Origin: Raillietiella orientalis
Lineage: Eukaryota
Direction of reading: 5' to 3'
Assembly (NCBI GenBank): GCA_036172245.1
Contig: JAYWIR010000015.1
Span: 1,178,001 to 1,242,000 of the forward strand
Length of the DNA: 64,000 nt
The notes under the pieces were generated by a model. That model had not been told where the DNA came from. It saw only the letters and a program-made list of their open reading frames with translations, and did no database searches. Below are positions 40,405-53,456 of this stretch, piece after piece; position 1 is the first letter of the stretch; each line of letters begins with the position of its first letter. Both the position numbers and the translations under genes were made by a program.

Positions 40405-40785
40405 GTAGACTTGCATTCCAGACAATTCAGAAATTCAAATGGGAACTTTTTGATCACTCACCTCATAGTCCCGAACTCGCATCCAGTGACTACCACGTCT
40501 CTCTTCCTGCACCTCAAGAAGTGGCTCAAGGATTCGAGGAGGAAAGTGAAGAGTTGAAAACTGCAGTACTGGACTGGCTGAACTCCCAGGAGGCGGAATT
40601 TTATACAGAAGATCCAAAAAAACTTCTTCCAAGGTCTCAGAAGTGTTTGGAAAGGAACGGTGACTACGTAGAAAATGACATTGGGATGTATACGTTTAGA
40701 ACCATCAATACATTCGTGTTTCTCTTCTTTGTTCTTTCTTTCTATCCGACCGGCCATTACTATTGAGATTTGCTCGGCATAGGTG
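40405..40785 (+). mobile_element. Mariner transposase C-terminal remnant with degenerate right end
   Basis: QKFKWELFDHSPHSPELASSDYH...EELKTAVLDWLNSQEAEFY...KKLLPRSQKCLERNGDYVE is a typical mariner C-terminus. Confidence 0.85.
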
Positions 40786-42499
40786 GTAACACTGAGATCT
40801 CATGTCTCATTCTACATCGGTGAAGATTCCCAGAGAGGGAGATTGTGAGGAGAGGCGGGTGTGAACTCTAAGATTCCCTGATGCCAAGATTTCTGGACAC
40901 CAGGGGAAACCAAGGATTTCAGATCAGAATGGAGCGGATGTTTCGAAATGATTCTGCCATCAGTGCAAGGACAAGCATGCGTGTTTCATCTCTGGGTTCA
41001 GATACAGTTAGCAGGATGATCTCTGGAGCTCTCCCTACATGCTCTCGCCCTGATTTTCAAAAACGCGGAACCGTCATCAAGAGTTAGAAAATCTGCAGTC
41101 GTGACTGTCTTGTCTATTCCAACGCTTGCCTAAATGCTCATGTTAATATATGGCCAGATGATCATGGAGAGGACTGTGCCCAGAATCGGAGCTCAGGACT
41201 GCTACTTTCCTGAGTTAAAGGACTCCAAGCTGAGAGGTGGCCGAGGTTTCAGTCTTTGAGCAGTTCTGAACTCGTTCTTGCCGGAAAGATACCTCGTGTG
41301 ACTCCTGACTTCAGAACGCCAGCTTGCTGAGAACGCGTACACTGGTTGGGTCGATCCCCAGAAACGTTCAAAAGCAACACACAGAAACCTTATCCTAGGA
41401 AATGCTTAACCTCCCCTATCTGAACGTCAAGCACACACGACGGGAATTTATATGATGGCTCAAGAGAAGTTGACAACACTCGAAAAACTGCTGGAAGATT
41501 GAGTCTCATGTTTACCATCCGCTTGCACCGGGGAGTCTAGCCTGGGAAAAAAGTTCCCAGACAAAAGGAAAAGAATTGTGAGGGGAGGACCCTCCGACAC
41601 GCAGGCTGGCCACATCTCATGCTCGAGGTGGATCATGAACATGAGCCCCATGTTCGAGGAATGTGGAATTGACGTGCCTATGGGAATCTCGGAAAGTATA
41701 GCGACAATTGCTAGGTTAATAAGGGACAAAACATCGTTGTTGAAACGCTTTGAGAGTGCACACTTGGAGTTCGTCCAAATCAGTGCTGGACCACATCGTG
41801 GGGATTTCCAGTACGAAAAGTCTCTTTCATCCGCGAAGGAGCATTCTGCCACTGACCAAGACATTAGTTGCAGCTGACCAGCTCCGGCACGAAACGCGAC
41901 ACCAACACTGCCATATCATCAGAGGCACAGGAATAGGGGATTGGAAGTATTCTTGGTCAGTGCATTGAAGATGGCGAAGAAATTCTCGACTAGAGAACGT
42001 GGCTCCATTCCGAGAGAACTTCTGCTGTCTACAGCTGTGCTGTCCACCCGAACGTGTTGCAAAGTGCGAGTTTGTTGCCTTTTACCGTAGGCAGTCGAGT
42101 TCGTGGAGTTCTTCACGATTGCATCATCCCGTCAAAGGCGCACTGACGGGCGTTCATCCTGGTCGGAGACGTAGGAAGTGTTCCCAGCAAATGACCCGCC
42201 CATGCTGGACTTTGGCATATACCACCCTCTTGTTCACGTTTTCTACTTGTGTTTAAAAGGTTTCCAAGTTATCTGAGCACTCGCCATTTTTCGGTTCCCA
42301 GTTTCTCCGAGATGTTACCACCAGCTCCCTGAGGGAAGGCGGTACTTCTCAGTCAGCAAACAGGGGGAACAGCTTCCCTATACTTGGACTCTTGGTTACT
42401 TCTTTCAGTGCTGTCGCCGCGTTCCCACGCAAGCAGGAGACTTTTATCATGACCTGAATTTCCGTCTAGAGCATCAGATGCTGTTGAGGTTTCAAGTCG

Positions 42500-44960
42500 T
42501 TCCTTAGGGCTGGCAAATTTTCAGAAGGAGATTGAAGGCTGCTCTTGTCCCGGAAATCAAAAGGCGAGAGGTGCAAAAGAATTTACCATTAGAGAGGGCA
42601 TTTGGCTACTCGAAATTATCACTTCTAAGACTGCTTGATTTGCGTTTTCGAAAGAGGTACCGGTGCCCTGGTCGGATGGAAACTGCAACAGCAAAAGGTG
42701 CTTTCCCATCTTTTGCTGTTGCGTATGGGAAAATGACACTGCAAAATGAGAGGAGCGCTGCTACCGTGATGGCTGTTGTGAAGGAAGAATTCGAAAACAC
42801 TGGCCGTGTGGCGCGCAAGCACTGCACCACGGAACGCGGAAATCCAAAAAACATGAACAGTGATCCACATCGGTATAGTCATGCAGCAGCATCCGAAATG
42901 CGTACTTATCGGCCTTTGCGTCGTGGTACTGCACTTTAAAGAAGAGCAAGATGGAAACTCTTGCCTTTCCTTTTCTTTGCCTGCACTTTGAGTATTCTGG
43001 CGCTCCTCTCGAACTGAAGCAATTGAAATCCATCCTTCGCTAGCACGCTACTCACGGAATGCTTCGGAGATCCGCAGGCCACTCTCCTAAGTGGCCTATA
43101 CAATGTTCTAAGGAACACGGATGCTCTAATGCCAAGATCTTCATTATCTCAATTTGCGGCTTTTGTGGAAGTTTCAACATTCTTGCATCCTCCTTCGTAG
43201 GTGTACTAACAGATCCGATGATCACCGAAATTGACAGTTCTGCTCACACTCTACTGAGGCATATCAAAAAGGCCGCACGGCCTATCCAGTCATTCAGCTG
43301 TTTCAAAACTTTCGGAAAATGCCAGAGATGGAGTCTCCAGCAGCGTCAAACAATGTGGTCAGCGAAATTTTTCAGCAAGAGCATCTTCATGGCTAAGCAT
43401 ATCGAGACGTTTTCGAAAGCCACAAAGATCTCCTCCCTTTTGAAGAAGAATCTAAAAGCTGCTCTTCTCATTTCATCGCTGCGGCGGAAGACGTATTTGG
43501 AAGAAAGTTGCACTCAAAGGAGCACAGGGAGGTCCCGCGTTCGATTAAAGGACGTGTGCGCTCCGCGTCAGAACGAAGGACTTGACATCCTGAAAGCTGG
43601 AGCGAATGGATCTTCAGCTCCATTATAAGAGACTGGCCTTGCTGGCCAAGTATTGGACCACCCGCTGGTGCGTCCCGACACGTCCGGCTTGCCCGGAGAG
43701 CGGCGGCTGGCTGCGAAGGACAAGCAATCCTGCTTTCTCGCAGCTGCCGGAACCTAGCAGAGACTAAGAGCACACCAGTGGATCTCCTGCCGCCCACGAG
43801 CACTTACGCCTGGAGACGTGAGACAGTTCGAACGCGGTCCAAGACGACGAACCCCACAAGTGAAGTGACGAAGTGCCGGCAACACATCCAGAACTCCGGA
43901 AGAACCGTGGAGGCGGCGGGAGGTGAGCTGCTGACCTGCCCTTGAGCCCACCTTTTCGCCACAGTGGCATCCTTCACTTCCGTGATCCACAGCACCCGCC
44001 TATCGGCGAAGCGGGGATTTCCTGCGAGATCGCGGGGACCGGAAAACCTCTGGCTGGCTGGACTGCGTGTCAACTCTCTGGTCACGACCTCCACGGAGTC
44101 GCATTCTAGTGCGTCTGTCAGCAGCGGCACAGCTTCGCATCCATCCACAGTGAGTGGAGCAAACTGAGCCGCAAACATAGCCTGCTGAAGCCGCAACAAC
44201 CTTGACCACTCCCAGAGGACTTGCTCTCTGGGAGAATGCGCTCTTCGGCATCCTACCGGAAGAGCTGCAGGTTCCCCCGGTGATCGCGAAGAACTCGTGC
44301 CTTTCCCTCAGGTGACAGCAGTCAGCGAAAGTCGGCGCTCCCGTGCACCGTGCTGCGACAACACTGGACGAGGGATAGCACCGGTGCCAACTGCGCCAGG
44401 TGCGGGTAGCGAGAGAGCTTCCTTCCCCCACCTGCTAGTGACGTGTGTTGCCCTGCAGGCACTACGGAAACGGTTCCTCCTTGTCACTCCCATCCCCAGT
44501 GGACAACCCGGAAAACTGTTTAAGAGAACTCTTTGCGCGGAGTCCTTGGTCGCCAGCAGCCGCTATAGCAGCTCTGTGCTGCCCACTCAGAGCCTTCCTC
44601 TCAGGAACGACGACGAGAGTGAGCGACATGACAAGAGAGCCATCCGGTTCTTGCGGATTGCGACGTGGTGGAACTATCTGCTGGGATACCCACAGAAACT
44701 TGCCGAGATCCCTCAAAGGATGCAGAGGACCATGCATCGCGGGATGCGATCTCTTCCCTCTCCCCAGTTTTTGCAGACTTTTAGTTTTCTCCTTTTTTTC
44801 TAATCCCTTAACCCCTCCGTGATGTTGTGGACCCCAATGTTCAGCGCCCCCCAATGTTCGGACTTGCTGGGACGCACAGTCCCATCGACTCCTGTTTGTT
44901 TGTTTGTCTGTTTTATAAAAAAATAAACAAACAAATAAACGCCAGCCAGTTGGAAACCCA
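42500..44960 (+). mobile_element. Degenerate L1/Tx1-like LINE, ORF2 C-terminal half and 3' UTR
   Basis: RVRLKDVCAPRQNEGLDIL resembles the L1/Tx1 'RVxWxxLCxPKxxGGLG' motif. Decayed finger PTAPGAGSERASFPHLLVTC (~44390-44450), AIRFLRIATWW, then a UTR ending in aaataaacgccagcc. The left boundary is uncertain and may extend to ~40800. Confidence 0.55.
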
Positions 44961-45549
44961 AAGGGAGCTGCGCTATCGCGTGGGCTGTGTTCACGTGATA
45001 GGATCTCTCTTGCTCTTGTTCGGTATGCAAGCACAAGACGAGCAGAACCATTCAAAGGTTCCCAGTAAAGCTCGCGTAAGGGAGACGCGACTTGCTTGGG
45101 GATTGCTGAGTCGCAGCAGGAAGGCACCTTCCCATGCCCGTGTGCCCAAACAAAGCCGTCATCCAACACGGGCTTGTCCATCCAACCAGCACTGGAAGCT
45201 TCGAAAGTTTCAGCTCGCTGGAAACGCAAGCAAATCTCCGTGAAGCTGCGAAACAGGGAAAGGAATCCATGCGATATGCACCCCCACTTTTTATTTATTA
45301 TTGTCGCTGACGGGATCATCTATCGGCTTAGCAGTGCTTGTGACCCGAATACCGCTTCCAGTTATACCTCCCTCACAAACTGCCCAAAAGAGCGAGTGCG
45401 AAAATGGGCTGCAGAAGCTGAACGTCAAGCTTGCACTCCGTCAGCAGAATACTTCTCGATGCAGAACAAATTGCATGTATTATTCATATCTTCCTGAGGC
45501 AAAATTCTCTTCCTGAATAAAAGAAAGATACAAAAACGATTTATTTTTT

Positions 45550-46620
45550 CCCTATTTAAGAAGCGAATCGTGGGAAAAAGACTTCTTTTGAAGTCCGTCC
45601 GTCGAAGCAGTTTGATCGACGCGTCCGAGTTTTCGGAATGTACCGAAAGAAGCTCTCAGAAATTCCGAACACGAGATTCCAGTTCTGGATGAGAGCCACC
45701 TAAACACTAGCTATCAGGAATACATCAAAAACCGTGGTGTGCACACTGCACCAACTGTGCTTGCCAACGCAGAGGTCCGGGTCCTCTTGAAGGACTCATG
45801 CGCGCCGCATCGGGACGCCGGACTCGGCGTCCTGACGCGAGAGAGAATGGAGCGTCAGCTCCAGTTCCGAAGATTAGCCCTAGCGACAAAGTTTGGGACC
45901 ACCTATTGGTGCGTCCCGGCTCGGATCCTGGTCAAGCGAGCAGCCATCGGAGAGTCTAACGTCCTTCTTTTTCTGCAGCCACCGAAGACTGCCCCGATGC
46001 GGGTATCAGCTTCGACAGATGGTTGTCTTGACGCAGGACCACAACTCGATTTCCTGTTCGAACGGTAGTGCCTGGAAACAGGAAACAGTTTAGACGCGGG
46101 CGAAAATAAACGGAGGAAACGCAAATTCTGCTGTGCTCCAGACTCTCGCTGCTTGTTGCAGGAAACGACCGAGAACTTAAGGCAGACCTCATGGGCTGAA
46201 AGAACGCCGTTTGCAGCAGCGTTGCAGTTACTACGGGAGAACACCGACGGCAACCAGCCGGCAAGCTGGCAGGTGCCCTGCAGCGTCGATAGATGAAAAA
46301 ACTTTGGCTTGTTGGACGGTGCGTCACCTGGCTGACGTTTCCACCCCCGCCGTCCTTCCCAAAGGACTTTTTATCTGGGTGGATCCCATTGGATGAAGTA
46401 AGAGATTCCAGCGTTTTTCTTGGACAGCTCCGTGCTCTCCTCAAATGGCAGGACTCGAGGCTGCGACTCCTACATTGGAACATGCCATGCAACGCACTCC
46501 TCTACCACTGGACCTTCACTGCATCGTTGATTTCCAGCTCGGCGTTTCTTGTGAGGAGAAAAAAAGAGATCTAGCGGTCGTGTCTTCCCAATATGGGGGC
46601 GCAAGTGCTGCTAGTCTTTG
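45550..46620 (+). mobile_element. Second degenerate copy of the same LINE ORF2 segment
   Basis: RVLLKDSCAPHRDAGLGVL...RRLALATKFGTTYWCVP parallels RVRLKDVCAPRQNEGLDIL...KRLALLAKYWTTRWCVP at 43530-43680. LLHWNMPCNAL follows downstream. Confidence 0.55.
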
Positions 46621-46749
46621 CATCCGAAAAGTGACGTGCTCTCTATCTGCCTTCTCCTCCCTTCTTCCTCTTCCTCCTCCTCCCTTCTTTCTCCTCCTCT
46701 TCCTTCTCCTTCTCCAGTATTCCGAAAGCATCTAAAACCAAAGCTGGAA

Positions 46750-49700
46750 TCAATCGATTACAGATGATCCCTACTGGTTCCACATTCTCTCGAGTAGCAG
46801 CGTACTGAACAGGCAACATATGCCTTCCTTCTCAGAGTCTTGGCCAACGATGTTAAAACCTAGTTACAGTCATTCTGCTGAAATTTCCAGTGTCCCACTG
46901 AACTCCAACCGACTCAATTTCTTCCTTATTGCAACTCTTACTACTATATGAGCTCTATTTTCAGATCAGGAAACACATTGGAAATCTGCGATTGCCAAAA
47001 GGATCTCAGACGTGATACCTTCTGACCCTTAAAGATCATGGGATCACGTGAAGGCTGGAATTGTCTTTAGACATCAGATGAGCTCATTTTGTACTCCGCG
47101 CACCTTAGATCTGAAATGGACCTATGAGAAGGAGGGAAACATGGAGACATGATGTTGCGCGAGACGCACGCATTTATTGAGAGTGGCCATTTATTCCTTG
47201 GCCGAGGACCAACTTTCCGGGAGTTTCGACAGACCTTCCGAAAGGAAAACAATAGGCCGTAGCTGTCAAAACGGATGCAATTTGACTACAGCCAAACGAA
47301 ATCAGACGGCAGTGAGTGGATTTGAATTCGAATATGCCATTGCGTGAGTCCACAAATGAGAACTGAAAATGCACATCCAAACAAAGACTAAAATTTCCTT
47401 GGATGTTCCTAGCAGTTCACAGTAGCAAAAGTTCTTATGCGCATCCCTGAGTTAGAGACAAAATGTTCCAGTTTTTCTTCTTGATCGCTAGCTTCGATAG
47501 AAGAGCTAAAAAAAAAAAGTATCCTACGTGTAACGAAGAGATGCAATTGGGTTCCTCAGGAAAAGAGACAAAACAATTACGTTTTCTGGCGACATGGTTG
47601 ACGCAGCAAACGTTTTGAAGCAATAAGAGCCATGTTGTTTTATGGATAGTCGTTGGAAGATTTAAGATTGAGCCATCTAAGCAAAGCCCACGTACGAATC
47701 AAGAACGAGTGCATGTCTCATTGCTGAAAAAACTGAGCAGTGAAGTGCTGCTCCATTTGGTTTTTTGCCTTGCACCTCGAGGCATTTTCTTCACTTGTTC
47801 CAATTAGGTCTTCCATCATTACTTCCATTCCAAACATGCTCAATCCGTAGTCACCCCTCATGAATAGATATTCTCCCATAGAAAGAAGTACGCGAAAAGA
47901 CGAAATTTTTCTCCCTCAACACCAGAGAGTGCCATTCCGTTATTTGAAGTTCTTTTCGAGCCAAAGAAATTCTTTCAACGAGAAACAGTTGTCAAGGCTT
48001 CTTTGCTGCTTTTGCGTTTGTTCAGGAACAATCTTTTCATTTTTTATTTTTTTTTTGCGAGCAAAGTGACTGCACAGATTCTGTCACAGAGAAACGGCGT
48101 TCTCTCTCTATAGGATGGTATGAATGCAGCGTTTCTGTTCTTCCATAAACTCTGGCATTCTCTTCCTCAGAACCACACAGATTCTTGAGCAAAAGAATGA
48201 TTCCTACCCATGAATGTTAAAAAGGTTATAGAAAATGGCGTCCTTCCATAACAGATCTTAATCGTCATCCTTTCAAAGAAACGATTCTTACTCATGTTTC
48301 CCTGTTGTTTTCCCAAATCCCTCGCTCCTCCGATCGAAGGATTTCACTGTGTATTCGGTCGCCTCTTCTTCTATACATTGGCAGCATTTCATCTCCCGGT
48401 AAATTCACTTCTTGATTTTGATTATCTCTTGCTGAAGATCAAGAAAAAGCTGCACCATTTACTCATGAGAAGCAGAAATGATTTTCAGCTATGGTGCTTA
48501 GCAACACTTGGCAATGTACGGCACTTCAAGAACGATTTGCAATGCTACTGACTTCAAAATGTAAATGAAGAGATGCAGCTTGCTTCTCTAGCTCACAAAC
48601 TATGGCTGGCAAAAAAAAAAAAAAAAACGATTCCAAGTGAGATGTGTCACAGAACATCCTGCTGTTCTGAGCTTGTTGTACATTTAAAAGAGTTTTAAAA
48701 ATAAACTGCCCCGTAGTCAGATGCGAATCTGCTTTGTACTTCAGAGATGCTTCGTGTTGACTTGGAATTTCTGAAAACCATAGAAAGTCCATTGAGCAAC
48801 AAGGATTTGGGTAAGTTCCACCGCTTACTAATCGTGGAAGTAATTGTATAGTGTCCTCATTCCGAGAGTACATACGAATCTTGCCGGTCAATTACACGAA
48901 CCCTTCCTCAATTGCAGTATCTATTAGACGTTCCAGATGTTCTTGTGAATAGCTGGCACGTCTCGAAGTGATTGCCTCATACGTAGGTCAGCGTATGAGG
49001 CAACCGAAAACTTTATTCTGCCCTCAAGCATACATTCGTAGAGAAACGGTCTGGCGAAGGAGTAAATGGAGATTTGGCACAGGACAGAAAACATGATCCA
49101 GGATTCAGTTGGTTGACTCAGATATTAATATGAAGCAATAATGAGAAGCTACTCGCTTCTTTATTTCTTTCCACATTTTTTGTGTGAGCAAAGGTAGGAC
49201 AATCTTCTCGATGACGGGCAGAATTCTCCTAATGTTGATTTTTTGTAGTCTTTGTGTGGCTGTCATCATTGCACGTAGGTCTTGACAACATCGACAAACA
49301 TTTGCTTTGGAGTATATAAAATCTAATTTGTACGATGACTCGTGCTGAATTCCCAAGTCGTACACAAGTGGAAAGCAACCAGTTGCAATGAATGGATGAC
49401 TTCCTGCCGAAAGTACAAAGTGTGGCTAGAAGATGCTCGAAAACTTGGTTCTGAGTCGTTCCTAATCTTCGTGTCACAGATTGAGAACGGAAAATGCCAT
49501 AAGCATCGTTCCTTCCATTAAAGTACATTGCAGAACTTGTCTGGAAAGCAACTTTTCTGTCCCGCCATGTTGGCTTATCAGGAGCCCGTTGGATTTTACC
49601 TCCGAAAACCCGCATCCTGAAAGCTTGCATGTGAATCTCTTGGTCGCTTTCATTGTGAGAACTCCACTGTGTGCGTTTTGATTCTCGATTCTCGAGTTTG

Positions 49701-50000
49701 CCTCACACTGTCCCCTATGAAATTCCTTATGAAAAAATCGTGCATTTTCCTGATTTCAACATTTCAAAGAACAAATACCTCAGTTCAAAAACACAATTTG
49801 GGGTCAGTTATGATAAAAAAGGGTTTACCGGGAGACTCGATAAAGTTCAAAGTCTGCGATGAGCTACTGAGGAGACAAAAAATGAACCGGCACTACATCA
49901 CCCGTACCTGAAAGCTTCCAGAAAGTGATGTCAATGATTATTGCATGCAGGATGCAAATCCTAAAAAGAATCTCAAACAGAGAAAACGATTTATGATACG
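46750..50000 (-). mobile_element. Possible highly decayed BEL/Pao LTR-retrotransposon pol remnant
   Basis: Faint traces only, e.g. MYSRNEDTIQLLPRLVS...LWFSEIP (cf. HVxSxDNPADxxSRG...WxxGP). A possibly related fragment at 10500-11000 has DFACTDFVGPL (cf. GVDFAGP). Confidence 0.25.
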
Positions 50001-50310
50001 TAAAAATGTCATGATGCCAAAATAGGCCGCGAGAAACTTTTCAGATGACAACTTTTCAAGTTAAAGGATTATCTGATTACAGACAACGGCGTGCTCTGAT
50101 GAACCCTTTGTAGACAATGGTCAGGATTCCGGGACCAATTCAGCTTAACTCTGGAAACGAAATAGTGCTCTGGAAAAATGAAAACCTGCGCTATTTTTCT
50201 GCTAGCTTTCCATCTACTGGAAACCAAGGCATCTCCATCCAAAGATGCCTGGTACGTGAATCCCCACGAGAGTCCATCCTCAGTCGGCATTATCAGTTCT
50301 GAAACTTGTA

Positions 50311-50661
50311 CAGTGGTACCTCGGTACTCGACGGTATCGGAACTCGTCAAAATCAGTATTCGTCGCATTTTAACGAGAAAAAATGCTTCGACACTCGGCG
50401 AATGCCCACCCTCATGATGAAACAAGTGAACCCTTTCGTCTCATGGTAGCTCGCAAACAGTGCCGAACACTTCCATAGAGGACCTCCCGAATCGTTCCTC
50501 TCTTTGTGCTTTCTGTGCATGTTAATTGTTAATCATGGGTCCTAATCATGGGTTAAAAATGATACGACGGAGCATAGGAAGGAATTCTTTCGGTACTCGT
50601 CTATCTGGGCACTCGTCACGAGTTCCGGAACGACTTACCGACGAGTACCGAAGTATCGCTG
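50311..50661. mobile_element. TA-flanked pogo/Tigger-like MITE
   Basis: TA|cagtggtacctcggtactcgac ... gacgagtaccgaagtatcgctg|TA. About 22-bp imperfect TIRs with TA target duplications at 50309-10 and 50662-63. Confidence 0.8.
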
Positions 50662-53456
50662 TAAATGTCTCGAACGGTCAACTCATCTTTTGCTTTGAAT
50701 TGAACTTAAAGTCAGTTTCGAAAGCACATAGATCAGAGTAGAACAGTCAATTCCATTTCGCCATATATCGAGCATGGATTTCATTTCTAACTGTCTCCAT
50801 ACAGAATTGAGAATATCTTGTACACCAAGCACTCAATATGGAATTTCTAGCTCTAAAATTTCTATCTTCACACTTTGGCATCAGTGCTGAGGTCGAAATG
50901 CGCGGGAAAAGCACGCCGTAGCTTTCAGCATCAGAAGAAACGCAAACAACGAGCAATTGCCAAATCCTTTTGACGAAGCCACTGTTTAGTCCTAAGACAT
51001 CGAAATCACTGAAACAGGGTCCTTGATATCCTTAAACAGATCAGGATCAACAAAATTTCAACTCATCTGAAGAAGCACAGTACAAGCTCAAATTCCAAAA
51101 GACCACACCCAAAAGCGTACGCGCTGAATGTGATGATATGCATGCATGTTTCGATAGAAAAATATAAGTCCTTTCAGAACGCCACCTTTTGAGTTTAGCT
51201 CACTCACCAGAAAACGCATCCAACCACCGCAGGAGAACCACACGGGCCACGTTTCCGAAGGAAAAGCACCTTAGCAATCAACCGAAGCACGCAAGCGGTG
51301 AAACCCACCTTCAAGCCGGCTCAATAAATCAGCAGACCTAGCGAGTAAAAAATCGGATTCGCCTGCAAATTATAGAAGGAGACTACCAAGGAACGGAGTA
51401 TCGTTCCTCGTTCCTCTGTACGAAACGATCTCCTTTTGCTCTGGAAAGAACAATCTGTAAGGGTGTCTGATACATGGACGTCTGTCCATTGTTTCAGTAC
51501 TTCTATTGCAGGAAAATGGGGAATTCAAGGAAGAACAGGCGTGTTTGCTGGTCCCTTCGGATTGGTTGAGAGCCAAGGCTGCCTTTTCCAGCTCGGCATT
51601 CCCAGCTATCCAGTTTTTCTCGTTGAAAGGAATCGCTCGAAATGAGGATGACCCGCCTGCCAGCTCATTTCGTTTTACGGGAAACTCACTAAAGAAATGC
51701 TGTGTTGAATAGGTTTAAAAGGAAGTCAGAAATCCCCCAAAAGAGCAAAACCGGATTTCCAAAGCATCTACGATTCGCCGACGTCTGTAAGATTCTTCCG
51801 ATCTGGAAGCGCGGCTGTGGAAGTACTTCGCGCTCGACCCAGGCATTGACGAACTATCGTATCCTACTTTGACCGACCCGCGAGAGTAGGTGGCTGTCGA
51901 GGAAGACGTGATGGATGCTGCTAATCCTATCACCATCTTCCTGCCACGGATATCTGGCCAACAAGCTCCAGGTGGTAGATGCTTGTGGCTAATCGTGACC
52001 AAGCAAACAGAACCCTGAGGGGTCTTCCACTTGCACCCGCTTACGAAAACCTATAGCATTGAGGAATGAGGTAACATACTCCTGAAAGGATGCAAGACTA
52101 TTTCTGGCATCTGCTAATGTTTTTTTTAGCCAACACGTTGTATATGCATGCACAGTTCTAAGTAGCATGCTTAAGACAGACTTTTCATCGATTGTATCAA
52201 GCCTTAAATCATCTCAAATTTCGGATCAGAAGAATTTTATTTGTCCCTGTTTGAATTTCAGGCACATTGATGCTTCCATGTGAAAAAGAAAAAAACTATT
52301 TATAAACTACATTTCAGAAATGTTTACGTTTTTTAAACTATACTATTAAGCTTACCTGAAACTGGCGTTAGGTTCATAAAGTTATTACATTCCTTTACAA
52401 ATATGAATAAACATGCTTACATGTGTAAACCGTTTTTTTTTTTATTATTATGCTTATTATTTCTCTACTTTATCATCAATGAATTTGTAAACCTCAAGAC
52501 TTCAAAACGAAGGGCAAAAAGCTTTTTCAGTTTATTAAGGCAGAAGGTGTTATTGTTTCTTTGAAGCCAGATCACTAAACAGTCAGAAGCTGTTTTCTCT
52601 GGTTTGGTTCTGTATTCTGGATTTCCGCCTTTTGATTTTTCCAACAAAAATGAAGCGCACCTTCATTCGCATACATGACACAAATATAGAGATGCCAGCA
52701 AATAATTAAATGTACCGAAGCTGTTCATTCAGCATATTGGTATCCATAGATGCTACCGAAAGTCCTAACTTCGGGGTTCAGCTCAAGAATTCTCAAGAAT
52801 TAACCTAGCTGATCTCAATTTGCCTTATTCCTAGGTTAACAGGTGATTCCAGTTTTCTATTGGCATGAATGTTTCATCATTGGAGAGAATCCAGGGATCT
52901 GGAGATTCTGCTAGACTTGAATCAAGCATGTCCATGCGTGTTCACTACGCATAAATGGACAGTGCAAGTTTAATTGGTTGGCAACGATGGCAACAGTGCA
53001 TTTCTGTTTGCATGTGGACTGCTCATTTTTTTCAATAGGCGGTTGCACTGAATCGGTTGCAGGATTGTTTTGAATTCGTTAATGATGGTGGCGTTTGGAA
53101 AAAGTAGTCTCATGCTAGAAAGGATTTTGTTTACCATTCAAATTGTAATTTGAACGTGGGGTTTCGTTAATGGGTGATGCGTACTTTTTTTCAATAAAAG
53201 CATCGCGGCATTGATTACGTTCAGAAATAAAGTTCAAGTGAAGAATATACTTTATGTCGGGTTAATTCATTGAATATTTGTTCAGATCCTATCACTATCT
53301 TTCAATTTTGTAGAAATGCTGTTCTCTGTGCGCCTGAGTTCCATAGTGGAAGTTGCGGTGTTTTGAAATCGGTGACTGAAGTACATACCCAAGCCGTGTG
53401 CAGAATGTAGAAATGTTTCAGTTACCCAAAGTATGCATTCCTTAAGTGAATCATAA

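Noticed and set aside
52050..52650. Possible divergent minus-strand gene upstream of TRAPPC5 (GTAAGC donors near 52350 and 52416)
   Set aside because: No coherent reading frame or recognisable protein could be assembled; a non-coding transcript cannot be excluded.
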